This document shows, in pieces, positions 15,793 to 26,282 of a stretch of DNA of 64,000 nt. The notes below the pieces were generated by a model. The model saw only the letters and a program-made list of their open reading frames with translations. It was not told where the DNA came from and made no database searches. This DNA is from Dehalococcoidia bacterium (lineage in GTDB: Bacteria; Chloroflexota; Dehalococcoidia; GIF9; AB-539-J10): the NCBI GenBank assembly GCA_046538235.1, contig JBKHJG010000007.1, positions 10,517-74,516 on the forward strand, written 5' to 3'. Position 1 is the stretch's first letter. Each line of letters starts with the position of its first letter. The position numbers and the translations under genes are program-made.

Positions 15793-16365
15793 ATGCGCAG
15801 CTATCGTCCCGTCAACCTCAACGTCCTGTGGTTCCTGATAGCACTGAACGCGGTAATCTTCGTAATCACCCTGGTGAGACCCGAAGCAGTAATCGGGCGT
15901 CTGGGCCTCACGCCGGGCCTGCTATCACAACAGCCCTGGACCATCGTCAGCAGCATGTTCGTCCACGGCGGCCTGACGCACATTTTGTTCAACATGATCG
16001 GGCTGTACTTCCTGGGGAGCTTCCTCATCCGGGCAGCCGGAGAGAGGAGCTTCCTGACAGTGTTCTTTGTGGGCGGGCTGGCGGGGAACATCCTGTTCGC
16101 CCTCCTGGCCCACCCGGCCTCCACGGGGATAGGGGCCTCGGGGGCCGTCTATGCCCTGGGCGGGACCCTGGCAGTACTGGTCCCCAGAGCCCCGGTGATC
16201 ATATTCCCCATCCCCGTGCCCATGCCGCTGTGGGTGGCAATAGTGATCTTCCTGTTCCTCTCCTTCCTGCCGGGGATAGCCTGGCAGGCCCACCTGGGGG
16301 GGCTGGCGCTGGGGGTGATAGCCGGCTTCATCCTGCGGAGACGGAGGCCGGTCTTTTACTTCTGA
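15793..16365 (+). CDS. Rhomboid intramembrane serine protease
   Basis: PWT...SMFVHG...HILFNM, GASG, AHLGG; TATAAT at 15781-15786 lies 6 nt before the ATG. Confidence 0.92.
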   Translation: MRSYRPVNLNVLWFLIALNAVIFVITLVRPEAVIGRLGLTPGLLSQQPWTIVSSMFVHGGLTHILFNMIGLYFLGSFLIRAAGERSFLTVFFVGGLAGNILFALLAHPASTGIGASGAVYALGGTLAVLVPRAPVIIFPIPVPMPLWVAIVIFLFLSFLPGIAWQAHLGGLALGVIAGFILRRRRPVFYF

Positions 16366-16426
16366 GCGCTGTATTGTGGTGATGTGCTGGACTGGCTGAA
16401 GGTCAGATGCCGGGATACGTCTTATA

Positions 16427-17344
16427 TCAAGTGGCTGCCTGCTGATCCAGACCGTAGACCTGCCTGGGGGCAAGATATTGCGGGAACCTGTCCAGTAATG
16501 CCATGCGTGCCAGATAGCACAGGTGACAGGGGTCGACGTACTCGTCCTCGTGCTCAAGGTGGTATTCCCTGACCAGCTGGGCAGGCCCTCCCTGGACCAG
16601 AGGCCGGCAAATCGGGTGCGACTCAGCCTTGTACTCCTTCACCAGCCCGGACAGGGGGATATCCCACATATTGCCCATGCTCAGTCCCTGGCAGATCTGC
16701 ACGTTGCCATATGAATCGAGGTGCACCCGCTTGGGACTGACCAGCTCCTCGTAGGGACACTCGGTGAATTGCTGCCATGGCCTGCGGGGGAGGCCCTGCA
16801 CCAGCTTCTCCACCGCCCGGCCCCGGAACATCACGCCGCCACCTATGACGGGACTGCCCCTGTCATACTCCTGGTCGGTGGCCTGTTTGAGTGTGGGCTC
16901 ATCGATGGTTATCGAGCCATAGGGCATACCCAGCTTCTTCGCGGCATTGAGGGCGTGCCGGGCGGGGCTCACCTCTTCACCCTGATAGTGGAAGGCATCA
17001 TCGCTGATGCTCATGTCTGCCACGCCCAGATCGGAGAGCGGCCTCATCCACAGCTCAGCGTCCTCCTCCGAGGTCGCCCAGTAGGCGTTGGTCACTATTC
17101 CGGCCTTGAGTCCCATGCCGCGGACGATCCTGACGCCCTCGAGCATCAAGGGGTAGAACAGGAACGGTTCACCGCCTTCGAAATACACGGATTTCAGCGT
17201 TTCAATCTTGCCTGCCTCGTTCAGCGCGTCTTTCATCTGGCGAAGCGTAAAGGTCCCCTTCGCTCCGGGGCCGCTATACACGAAGCAGTGGTCGCATTCC
17301 GCGTCGCACTTATAGCTCAGGAGAAAGTGTATTCCTGTCAGCAT
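16427..17344 (-). CDS. Radical SAM protein
   Basis: CDAECDHC, FEGGEP, VTNAYW, C-terminal CHLC. Confidence 0.9.
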   Translation of the reverse strand: MLTGIHFLLSYKCDAECDHCFVYSGPGAKGTFTLRQMKDALNEAGKIETLKSVYFEGGEPFLFYPLMLEGVRIVRGMGLKAGIVTNAYWATSEEDAELWMRPLSDLGVADMSISDDAFHYQGEEVSPARHALNAAKKLGMPYGSITIDEPTLKQATDQEYDRGSPVIGGGVMFRGRAVEKLVQGLPRRPWQQFTECPYEELVSPKRVHLDSYGNVQICQGLSMGNMWDIPLSGLVKEYKAESHPICRPLVQGGPAQLVREYHLEHEDEYVDPCHLCYLARMALLDRFPQYLAPRQVYGLDQQAAT

Positions 17345-17385
17345 CTCATCGCCTCCTTCCTATATGTTGGTTCCATGTGATTATA

Positions 17386-17862
17386 TCAAAGCCTCAGCAA
17401 GATGTCCCTGCTCCATCTCTCAAGCAGCTCGATGTAGTACAAGGGCCTCTGTTCCCGGTCCTGCTCCAGTTCGTGCCAGCTCCTGGCAATGCGTACCACT
17501 TCCCGGTCGTCGGCGCCTGATAGACAGTTGATGAGTTCGTCCTTCGTCAAGATGAACCTGCCGTCACGGAGGAGGACCCAGGACTGCAGGGCATAGAAGG
17601 ACTCTTTGAAGGGGTAGAGGAAGACGCCGCTGGCCAGTGTTCCTGCTTCAGGCATGGCACCGACTATGTTGCGGAAGGTGGCCAGGTCCTGCGACTCTAT
17701 GCGGTCTACGACCACGGCAATATCGATGTCACTTCCAGGCCGGGGCTCGCCCCGGGCCCAGCTTCCGTGGTGGCCAACGAAGACCAGCCGTTCTCCGAAG
17801 GTGCTGCGCAGGCGCTGTACCAGACGGGCCAGCCACTGCTCCACTCCTGCCTGGTTAAGCAT
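17386..17862 (-). CDS. Nucleotidyltransferase-domain protein, possibly internally deleted
   Basis: HGSWARGE....SDIDIAVV. Confidence 0.75.
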   Translation of the reverse strand: MLNQAGVEQWLARLVQRLRSTFGERLVFVGHHGSWARGEPRPGSDIDIAVVVDRIESQDLATFRNIVGAMPEAGTLASGVFLYPFKESFYALQSWVLLRDGRFILTKDELINCLSGADDREVVRIARSWHELEQDREQRPLYYIELLERWSRDILLRL

Positions 17863-17911
17863 GGACTCCCTGGGGCCTAATACGTGGGCTATCTATCCCT
17901 CGCCTTGCGGG

Positions 17912-18418
17912 TCAGTACAGCCAGCTCCTGTATTCCGGTGTTGCATCCTTCATGTCCTCGTAGAGCCAGACCATGCGGTCGCAGAACCACAGCTTGCTGG
18001 CAAGGATGACAGTCCCGCCGAACACGGTCGGCCATATCTCCAAGATGACCAGTCCCCAGGCAAAGGGGATTACCCCGAGTGCACTTATGGCCGACAGGAT
18101 ACTGGGCATACGAAGATGATACGGCGGCACGGGCACATTCTTGCGGTTCATCCAGACCCACTCGCCAAGCACCACCTTTGATGCCCAGTTATCGGTACTC
18201 TTCGGCTCGGGAAATATCCGCGGGTTCAGCCAGACCCATAGCAGCACGACGATGATGGGAACAAGCGCCCACCACCCCAGCCAGACCCTGCTCCAGAATG
18301 CCAGGCCGATGAGCGGAACCATGGAGAAGCGGGTATAACCACTCCAGGGATTGGCATGGCGGCGACGGGCCTTGTCATCCATCCTGAATAGTGCTGCCAT
18401 CCTGCTTTCCACTGTCAT
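17912..18418 (-). CDS. Conserved membrane protein (DUF6653-like)
   Basis: RHANPWSGYTRF, WVWLNPRIFP, NWASKVVLGE, KLWFCDRMVWLY; GGGAGG RBS. Confidence 0.75.
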   Translation of the reverse strand: MTVESRMAALFRMDDKARRRHANPWSGYTRFSMVPLIGLAFWSRVWLGWWALVPIIVVLLWVWLNPRIFPEPKSTDNWASKVVLGEWVWMNRKNVPVPPYHLRMPSILSAISALGVIPFAWGLVILEIWPTVFGGTVILASKLWFCDRMVWLYEDMKDATPEYRSWLY

Positions 18419-18460
18419 ATTCTGCCTCCCGGTATCAATTATGCTGCTGGTCCCGGCGTC

Positions 18461-20602
18461 CTAGAACAGCTTTCGCTCGTCAGCCAACGAGATAATGTTG
18501 TCGGCCACTCCATCGTACAGGTCGCCCAGCGCGAATATGATGACCTGGTAGTCGGAGGACAGCGTCTTGAGGAAGGCCAGCGTGCTGGCGAGACGAACGG
18601 AGTCGAAATTGACGAAGGGGTCATCCAGTATGAGGGGCGGCCTCCTGTCGCCGAAGACCAGCCGGGCCAGGGCAAGCCGGAATGCCAGGTAGAACTCATC
18701 GATGACCCCTCCACTCAACTCCTCTGGCCTGACCCAGTCCCCCTTCTCCTCCGAGTACACCCAGAACTCCAGGTCCTCCTTGCTCATACTGACACGCTCA
18801 TACTTGCGGTTGGTGAAGACCGAGAGGTACTTCTGCATCTCTCCCTGCAGGGCCTCGTCGGCCGATGAGATCACGTCCAGCCTGGCCTCGACTATGACGT
18901 CACGCGCCAAGTCGTAGACTCTCGCCCTCGTCTCCTCCCTTCTCAGAGCTTCGTTGAGTCCTGCCAGCTCTTCTTCCAGCCTGGCCTGTTCCTCGGCATC
19001 ATGTCTGGCGGCCTTGATGATCGCCAGGGCATTCCTTCTGCGGTCGTCAAGCTCGTCCCGCCCAGCCTCCACGCCCTTGAGCTTCTGCTGCAGCTCCACG
19101 TATTGCTCAGGGCTGACCTTTGTCTGTTTCATGTCCTCGGTGAGATTATGTTGCTCAACAGCCATGTTCTTGACCAGGTCAGCCCTTTGCTTCTCAATAT
19201 CCTCGATCGTGCTCTTGCTCAGTATCTCATCCAGTCGCAGCTGCGCTTCCTCCTTCTTCCCCAGCCACTGATGAAAGCTCTTCTCCTTCTCGCTGAACTC
19301 GGAAAGCGCGCTGCACTTCGCCTTAGCCAGAAACTGCTGCTCTTCTCTGCCCAGTTCCTCCAGCGACTCCCTCATTTTCCCGATACGCTCTCCGATACTG
19401 CCTATGCCGCTCCTCTCCCGGTCGATCGCAGCTTTCGCCCGCTGGGCAAGCACAAAAAGAAGCGCGCCCACAACCACCAAGGCCAGGAGGTACAGATGGC
19501 CGACCAGGACTCCGACCAGGCCGCCAGCGAACAGCGCCACAGCCACGGCGAGACTGGCCGGTGAACCCAGGAACCGGGCGGGGCCTCCTCCCTTCTTCCC
19601 CCTCACCTCCTCAAGTTCCTTCTGGCGCTGCGCCAGGTCGTTCTCGATAGCCTCACGCCTGTTGTGGACCAAGTCCAGCGCCTTCCTCAGATCCAATACC
19701 TCTTGCCTGTCCCTAATACCCTCGATATCTTCGAGCTCCTCGTCGGCCTTGTTCAGGTCCTCTCCGTGCTTTCTTATCCTGCCCAGCAGTTGCTCGATCC
19801 TATCGTACTCCTTGCCCAGCCTGTCTAGCGTCGCCTCTATCTCCTGGCGCTGCCTGTTCTGCTCAAGCAGAGCCCTTAGCTTCTCATACTCTGCCCTGAC
19901 TCGGGCAAGCTCCTTGTTCACTTCCAGCAGTTGAACCTTCTGTTCCTCGACCTTCGACACCTCGTCTCTGACCTGTTCGTGCCTGGCCAGCAGATCCTCC
20001 GTCCTGTTCTTAAGGGTGGCAAGGGTGCCGGGGTTCTTGGCCGGCTTATCCAGCCCCCTCTTCATGTCGGCGACCGTGCTCTCCAGCTTCTGTATAACCT
20101 GCGATGCCAGGGTGCTCTCCTTGCCCCCGGTGACCACCTCCTCCAGGCTCTCACCGATCTCCTTCTTGCCCGATGAGATCTCGGTCACCTGCGATTGGCG
20201 GATGCAGCAGGAGCATACGAAGAGTCGGTCCGACTTGGTCCCCAGCAGCTCGGACATCCTTTCCGAGGCCTCCTTGAACGTCTCTATCTGCTCCCCGGAC
20301 TCGACACAGGCAAGCCTGACGGTCCCCTTGCCGAAGTCCTTCTCCAGCAGATATCCCTTTCCGTCGTGCTCGAACTCAAGGCTGGTCTGGAACTGCCCGG
20401 TCGAGCCCCAGGCAGCGTAGTTCTTGATATCCTTTGCCGCGCTCTTCGGGTTATGGAACAGGGCCACGATTATGCCCTCGAGCAGGGTGGACTTCCCCGT
20501 CTCGTTGAGCGGCCCCTTGACCACGTTTATGCCGGGACTGAACTCCACTCGGTAGTCGGGGAACCGCTTGAAGTTCTTGAGGTGAATCCTCTTCAGCCGC
20601 AT
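18461..20602 (-). CDS. Rad50/SbcC-like (YhaN-type) ABC ATPase with coiled coil
   Basis: GPLNETGKST, LSGG, LILDDPFVNFD; central hydrophobic segment. Confidence 0.88.
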   Translation of the reverse strand: MRLKRIHLKNFKRFPDYRVEFSPGINVVKGPLNETGKSTLLEGIIVALFHNPKSAAKDIKNYAAWGSTGQFQTSLEFEHDGKGYLLEKDFGKGTVRLACVESGEQIETFKEASERMSELLGTKSDRLFVCSCCIRQSQVTEISSGKKEIGESLEEVVTGGKESTLASQVIQKLESTVADMKRGLDKPAKNPGTLATLKNRTEDLLARHEQVRDEVSKVEEQKVQLLEVNKELARVRAEYEKLRALLEQNRQRQEIEATLDRLGKEYDRIEQLLGRIRKHGEDLNKADEELEDIEGIRDRQEVLDLRKALDLVHNRREAIENDLAQRQKELEEVRGKKGGGPARFLGSPASLAVAVALFAGGLVGVLVGHLYLLALVVVGALLFVLAQRAKAAIDRERSGIGSIGERIGKMRESLEELGREEQQFLAKAKCSALSEFSEKEKSFHQWLGKKEEAQLRLDEILSKSTIEDIEKQRADLVKNMAVEQHNLTEDMKQTKVSPEQYVELQQKLKGVEAGRDELDDRRRNALAIIKAARHDAEEQARLEEELAGLNEALRREETRARVYDLARDVIVEARLDVISSADEALQGEMQKYLSVFTNRKYERVSMSKEDLEFWVYSEEKGDWVRPEELSGGVIDEFYLAFRLALARLVFGDRRPPLILDDPFVNFDSVRLASTLAFLKTLSSDYQVIIFALGDLYDGVADNIISLADERKLF

Positions 20603-21717
20603 TAGAGGACTTCCCTCCCGTCGAGGAGGGCAATGCCGTACTGAAGCGCGTTCTCGGCGATGGCCCTCTCGTCCCCTTCGGCACGCTCGATGCGCTCATT
20701 CATAAGCTCGATGAACCTGTTCCTGATAAGTCGCTCCCCGTCCCCTGAGACCTGTCCGACTCTGGGATGAGACCTGTCATCCACGCTGAGGTGGAAAAAC
20801 GCCTGTCCCAGTTCAGTCTCCAGTTCCTCCGTGCTGACCATCAGCTCGGCATCCCGCAGTCCTTTGAGGGTGACCTTCCTAACCAGATCGCTACTTGCCC
20901 CCGCGGAGATGCGCTCTTGCAGCACCGCACGGTTCTGGACTTCGCTCATGTCTATCTCTGTTTCATCGTAGTCGCGCAGTCCCAGCTTCCTGGGCTCAAC
21001 CGCAACCTCGCCCGAGTCCGAGAGGGTCACCAGGAGAACAGCACCCCTCTCTCGCTGCTCTGGTATCCACTCTGGCGGCCCGGGATACCAGGCCGGAGGC
21101 TTGTCGCAGCAGGCATAGACGCGATGCCAGTGCCCCAGCGCCAGATAATGCATGCCGCTGGACTGAATTTCATCAAGCCTGAAGACGTGGTCGTCCTCCG
21201 CTATCCTTTCCGGGATATGGAGCGAACCGTGCGCCATAGCCACGTGAAACCTGCTTGAAGTCGAAGGCTTAAGCCCCCGCAGAGGGCTATTGTACGATCT
21301 GTTGCTTGAGTTGGGCCTTCCATATACGGTCAGGTCCAGGCCGGGGTATTCCCGCCACGATATGTCCTCGTCGACGAAGACCGTCACATTGGGACATCTC
21401 TGTGGGAAGTCGACCTTTCTGTAGATCGACGAGGAATCGAGCGCATCATGGGTGCCGGGGATCAGGCAGACGGGAATACCGTTGTCCCCGAGCAGGCTGA
21501 ACTGCTCGATCACAAGATCGATATTCCTCTGCGGTTGCTGATTGCTGTCGAACAGGTCTCCGGCAATGAGAACGATGTTTGCCCTCTGGTCTATTGCCGT
21601 ATGTACGACGCTCTTGAAGGTAGTGTTCAGTTGCTCTCGTTGCGAAGCGCCCTTGTTCCCCAGACCTGTGAACCTGGCGCCAAGGTGAATATCGGCGGTG
21701 TGCAGAATCCTGACCAT
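20602..21717 (-). CDS. Mre11/SbcD-like DNA repair exonuclease
   Basis: HTADIHLG, IAGDLFD, PGTHD, AHGS, LALGHWH; TAATG coupling to the ATPase. Confidence 0.9.
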   Translation of the reverse strand: MVRILHTADIHLGARFTGLGNKGASQREQLNTTFKSVVHTAIDQRANIVLIAGDLFDSNQQPQRNIDLVIEQFSLLGDNGIPVCLIPGTHDALDSSSIYRKVDFPQRCPNVTVFVDEDISWREYPGLDLTVYGRPNSSNRSYNSPLRGLKPSTSSRFHVAMAHGSLHIPERIAEDDHVFRLDEIQSSGMHYLALGHWHRVYACCDKPPAWYPGPPEWIPEQRERGAVLLVTLSDSGEVAVEPRKLGLRDYDETEIDMSEVQNRAVLQERISAGASSDLVRKVTLKGLRDAELMVSTEELETELGQAFFHLSVDDRSHPRVGQVSGDGERLIRNRFIELMNERIERAEGDERAIAENALQYGIALLDGREVL

Positions 21718-22137
21718 GCTAGATACCTCTCGTGAGCGAGATCATAATGCCCTTTCGCACCGGGGTTGTCATCGACATGCCCTCGCTCTGCCCGGCACCA
21801 GTCCTGTCAACCACGAATCCTCGCCAGCAATGCGACGCCCACGATGACTACTTTGGCCATCACCTCGGCCTTGATAAGGTCTCACACAACACATCGTCGC
21901 CTGCCATCTCCTAGCCAGGGTCTTCGATTTCAGCTATGATACAGGAAACAACATCTGCGCTTGAACGGCCTGGTGCTCACGCGGGAGACAGACCGCCTGG
22001 AATTAGATGGCAACAGATAGGATAGACGCCGAGGAAGCATTTGTCAATGACGCTCACGCGAATACACACCCCGGCGCGGGTGGCCACGCCGGGCAGGTAG
22101 GAGCAAGACCCTGCCGGTCTGGCAGCAAGGCTGGAAT

Positions 22138-22719
22138 ATGGTACTGGTAATAGACAACTACGATTCCTTTGTCTACAACCTGGCCCAATACCTGGGGGAA
22201 CTGGGCTGGGAGCCGGTGGTCCGTCGCAATGACCAACTGACGGTGGCCCAGATCGAGGAGCTGGCCCCCAGCCATATCGTGATCTCACCGGGACCCGGCA
22301 CTCCCCTGGACGCAGGCATATCCAACGACGTAATACGGGAGCTGGGGGTGAGGATCCCAATACTCGGCATATGTTTGGGGCATCAATGCATTGGCTACGC
22401 ATATGGGGGCAGCATCGGCAGGAGCTCGCCAGTACACGGCAAACCCTCCCTCATCCACCATGACGGTAGGACCATCTATCAGGGCCTGCCAAATCCCTTT
22501 GCGGCAACACGGTACCACTCCCTGATTATTGAACCCGACACCCTGCCATCCTGCCTCCATGTCACCGCCAGGACTCATGAGGGCACAATCATGGGTGTCA
22601 GGCACCGGGACTACGCCGTGGAAGGGGTGCAGTTCCACCCCGAGTCTGTACTGACCGAGGTGGGGCACGATATCCTGAAGAATTTCCTTCGCTTGGCAAA
22701 CCCATTCCGGCACTGCTAG
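22138..22719 (+). CDS. pabA: Aminodeoxychorismate/anthranilate synthase component II (PabA/TrpG)
   Basis: IDNYDSF, SPGPG, GICLGHQ, RYHSL, QFHPES. Confidence 0.88.
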   Translation: MVLVIDNYDSFVYNLAQYLGELGWEPVVRRNDQLTVAQIEELAPSHIVISPGPGTPLDAGISNDVIRELGVRIPILGICLGHQCIGYAYGGSIGRSSPVHGKPSLIHHDGRTIYQGLPNPFAATRYHSLIIEPDTLPSCLHVTARTHEGTIMGVRHRDYAVEGVQFHPESVLTEVGHDILKNFLRLANPFRHC

Positions 22720-22797
22720 GCTATTTATGGTGCGGCATGAAACTGCACGAATTCCCTACCCCTCGAAGCGAAAGGGATAGGGTGACGGTGAAGCACA

Positions 22798-23709
22798 GTG
22801 GAAATCGTATATCTTGACGGCAGACTCGTACCGCGCTCCGAGGCTAAGCTCTCTCCCTTCGACCACGGGTTCCTGTACGGATACGGCCTGTTCGAAACCA
22901 TGCGGGCCTACGGCGGGCACATCTTCCGCTTCGACCGGCATCTCGCACGCCTGCGTGACTCCGCCGAGGCGCTGGGCCTGGCCTATGATGTCATCGACGG
23001 CGGAGCAAGGCAATCCCTGGAGAGCGCCTGCACAGCGGTTCTGGAAGCCAATAAGCTAGGGGATGCCCGCCTCAGGCTCACTATCACGGCCGGTGAAGGC
23101 GATATGATCCCCGACCTCAGCGCCTGCTCGAGGCCTACCGTACTGGTTACCGCCCGGGAACTCACTCCCCTGCCTCTCCACAAATATGAATCGGGCTTCA
23201 GAGCAATGCTATCTTCCTTGCGCCGCAATAGCCGGTCGCCCCTGTCCCGCCTCAAGTCTACTTGCTACGCAGAAAACGTCCTGGCCCGCATGGAGGCCGG
23301 GGCTGCTGGATGCGACGAGGCAATTATGCTCAATGAACGGGGATACCTGGCCGAGGGCAGCACCACCAATATCTTCCTGGTTGGCAAGTCCCTACCCCTC
23401 AGACGAAGAGAACAGGCTAGGGTGCTGATCACGCCCTCCCTAGAAAGCGGTGTCCTGCCCGGGATCACCAGACAGGCGGTGCTGGAGATAGCTCAGACTC
23501 TGAATATCGAGACCTCGGAGAGATACGTAGAGCCAAGCGAGCTGGTTGAGGCGGAGGAGGCTTTTATCACCAATTCCATACTGGAGGTCATGCCCCTGAC
23601 CTGGTTTGATGGCCAGCCTATCGGCTCAGGCAGGCCGGGAGCGCTGACCGGGGAATTTGCGCTTGCCTACAGACGACTGGTAGACGAGTCATTTGGAGCA
23701 TCTTCCTGA
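22798..23709 (+). CDS. Class IV aminotransferase (PabC/IlvE-like)
   Basis: DHGFLYGYGLFET, HLARL, EGSTTN, LPGITR. Confidence 0.88.
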   Translation: MEIVYLDGRLVPRSEAKLSPFDHGFLYGYGLFETMRAYGGHIFRFDRHLARLRDSAEALGLAYDVIDGGARQSLESACTAVLEANKLGDARLRLTITAGEGDMIPDLSACSRPTVLVTARELTPLPLHKYESGFRAMLSSLRRNSRSPLSRLKSTCYAENVLARMEAGAAGCDEAIMLNERGYLAEGSTTNIFLVGKSLPLRRREQARVLITPSLESGVLPGITRQAVLEIAQTLNIETSERYVEPSELVEAEEAFITNSILEVMPLTWFDGQPIGSGRPGALTGEFALAYRRLVDESFGASS

Positions 23710-23733
23710 CCGCTGGCTCAACACTGGGACGGC

Positions 23734-24300
23734 CTACTTAGCCGTTGCCCGCCGATATTTGGCCTTGCCCTTCACGTAGAGGTCGCCGCCGCGGATGTCG
23801 TTGATCAGCGTTACAGGGAAGTCTTCCACCTCCAGGCGCCGCAGGGCCTCAGCACCGAGCTCCTCATAGGCTATGACCTCCGCCCTCTTGATAGTCTTGG
23901 ATATTATGGCCCCGGCGCCACCTATTGCCCCCAGGTAGACCGCCCTGTGCTTGACCATGGCCTCTTTCACTGCTTCCGACCGCAGCCCCTTGCCGATCAT
24001 TCCTTTCAGTCCCTCCGCCATCAAGCGCGGGGCGTAGGCATCCATCCTCCCGCTGGTGGTGGGACCGGCCGACCCGATTACCCGGCCCGGCCTGGCCGGG
24101 CTGGGCCCCATATAGTATATGGTCGCTCCCCTGATATCGAAGGGCAGGGATTCTCCCCGGTCAAGGGCTTCGACCATCCTTTTGTGAGCGGCGTCCCGGG
24201 CAACGTATATGACGCCGCTGAGCAGTAGATTGTCCCCTGCCCTGAGGTCTTCCAATATTTCATCGGTCAGGGGAAGCTTGATTTTCCTTGCTTCGGGCAT
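23734..24300 (-). CDS. Fe-S fumarate hydratase / tartrate dehydratase beta subunit
   Basis: ARDAAH, SAGPTTSGRMD, MIGKG, ELGAEA. Confidence 0.92.
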   Translation of the reverse strand: MPEARKIKLPLTDEILEDLRAGDNLLLSGVIYVARDAAHKRMVEALDRGESLPFDIRGATIYYMGPSPARPGRVIGSAGPTTSGRMDAYAPRLMAEGLKGMIGKGLRSEAVKEAMVKHRAVYLGAIGGAGAIISKTIKRAEVIAYEELGAEALRRLEVEDFPVTLINDIRGGDLYVKGKAKYRRATAK

Positions 24301-24467
24301 AACTCACCTCCCACTTATCTATGCTGCGGCCCCCAGAATTTCGGTGTTCGTTCATAACTCCTGCCGATTACATCGAGCATCCTCAGGAAGTAGGTGCCCA
24401 ACCCTTCTTGCCTTGAAGGAAGGGCTACCTGTTACCAGTCAGTACTAGGCAAGAAGCTCGCACCACA

Positions 24468-26141
24468 TTACCTCGCACTTCCCAGGTGGTGTACGGTTAG
24501 CTGTTTCTCCTTCACCTCAGGCCTGGTATAGTCAGGCAGGAGCATAGGGGCCACTCTGTCGGCTGTAATACCTGCCTCCTCAAGCTCTTTGTGGTACCGC
24601 CTTACGTGGTCCAGCGTGAGCTTGCCGTCGTTTGCCCTTTCCTTGGCGAATGCGGCGGCATTTCTTCCCGCAATTCTGCCGAACACAACAATATCCATGA
24701 GAGAATTGCCCATCAGCCGGTTTTCTCCGTGCAGCCCCCCGGTTACCTCCCCGGCCACATAAAGACCGGGCACAGCAGTCTCACACTCGGCATTGTCCTT
24801 AAGCCCACCGTTCTGATAATGGAGCGTGGGATAGACCAGCATGGGTGCTGCGGATATATCAATTCCCAAGCGGTCATACACCTTCCATTTCCCGACAAAC
24901 GCTGTCCGCACCCTTCCCTCGCCGTGCAGGATATCGAGCATGGGAGAATCGAGCCAGACACCCACTTTCCCCATGGGAGTAGGGACACCGTTGCCCTCCA
25001 GGCACTCCTTGATAAACCGGGCCGATTCCACATCCCTGGGCTCGCGCTCATTGACGAATTTCTGGCCGTGGACGTTCACGATGTCCGCCCCCTCTGCCCG
25101 GAATCTCTCGGTGATCAGCCATCCTTCTATCTGCTCCGGAAAGACCACGCCCGTGGGGTGATACTGCACCGTATGCATGAAAGCCAGAGGCACACCCGCC
25201 CTATAGCCCAGGACGATACCATCGGCAGTGGCACCGTAGTGATTGGTGGTCATAAAGCCTTGCACGTGCAGCCTGCCGGCCCCACCTGTGGCCAAGATGA
25301 CCGCCTTCGCCATCACGACAAGATATTCCTCGGTTTCCAGGTCATATAGCACAGCCCCCGCACACTGCCCATGTTCGTTGAGCACAAGCTCCACCGCGGG
25401 GGAGAATTCCAGCACCTTGATATTTGCGCGGTTCCGGGCCTCATCGCGCACGGTACGCATGATCTCCATGCCGCTGAGGTCGGCGCAGTAGTGCATCCTC
25501 TTCCGGCACGTACCTCCGCCGTGCATGGCATCCAGCCGGCCGTCGGGAAACTTGGAGAACATGACACCCATGCTCTCCAGCCACTGGAGCGCACCGGGAG
25601 CCTGCTTGACAAAAGCGGCCACAATATCGGGGTCATTCTTGAAATGACCTCCTCCCACCACATCCAGGTAGTGATAGTAAGGAGAGTCCTTCCCTCTCTT
25701 AGTGGCAGCCTGTATCCCTCCCTCAGCCATCATAGTGTTGGCGTCGCCGTGTCGAAGCTTAGTGGCCACAAGCACCTGGGCCCCGTTCTCCTCGGCAACA
25801 AGGGCAGCAATAGTGGCAGCCCCACCGCCGCCTATAATCAGAACGTCGGTCTCATAATCGGGAGTAGACAGGTCAACCTCGTCCGGGCCAACCCTGCTCC
25901 TAGCCTCCAGCAGGTCGACAAACTCTTGGGCTATTCTATAACCCTTGCTGGGGCCAACCTTTATCTCCCTTCTGCCCTCCTCCTTATAGTCAGGATGATA
26001 TTTCAGTATCTCCTGTCTCTCATCGAGGGACATGAACGGGAATTCCTCCCCCACCTTCCTCTTCTCCACCCTGGCAGGCCTGCTGGCTTCCACCTTCTTG
26101 AGATAAGGTTCAAGAAAGTCCGGATATCCTAAGTAGCTCAT
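24468..26141 (-). CDS. Fumarate reductase/succinate dehydrogenase-type flavoprotein (TfrA-like)
   Basis: IIGGGGA, TMMAEGGI, QYHPTG, LITERFRAEG, PRD, HYQNGG, AGE..GGLHGENRLMGNS. Confidence 0.85.
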   Translation of the reverse strand: MSYLGYPDFLEPYLKKVEASRPARVEKRKVGEEFPFMSLDERQEILKYHPDYKEEGRREIKVGPSKGYRIAQEFVDLLEARSRVGPDEVDLSTPDYETDVLIIGGGGAATIAALVAEENGAQVLVATKLRHGDANTMMAEGGIQAATKRGKDSPYYHYLDVVGGGHFKNDPDIVAAFVKQAPGALQWLESMGVMFSKFPDGRLDAMHGGGTCRKRMHYCADLSGMEIMRTVRDEARNRANIKVLEFSPAVELVLNEHGQCAGAVLYDLETEEYLVVMAKAVILATGGAGRLHVQGFMTTNHYGATADGIVLGYRAGVPLAFMHTVQYHPTGVVFPEQIEGWLITERFRAEGADIVNVHGQKFVNEREPRDVESARFIKECLEGNGVPTPMGKVGVWLDSPMLDILHGEGRVRTAFVGKWKVYDRLGIDISAAPMLVYPTLHYQNGGLKDNAECETAVPGLYVAGEVTGGLHGENRLMGNSLMDIVVFGRIAGRNAAAFAKERANDGKLTLDHVRRYHKELEEAGITADRVAPMLLPDYTRPEVKEKQLTVHHLGSAR

Positions 26142-26282
26142 CTCACCTCCTGCAGGTATCCAGGGCCGTCCGGCTTTGGCTTGCGGTCAGATCCTGCGTT
26201 CCTGAAGCGTCCTGGCTTAAGAGGAGAACCTTCAACTCGAACTGGAAGAAGCTCAAGCCCACCAACGGGTTCATCAGTAGCC

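Noticed and set aside
18461-21717. Mre11/Rad50-like pair as a new defence system
   Set aside because: Matches the widespread YhaO/YhaN-type repair pair; no additional partner genes.
21732-22137. pabB/trpE remnant upstream of pabA
   Set aside because: No chorismate-binding motifs were recognisable in the short ORFs there.
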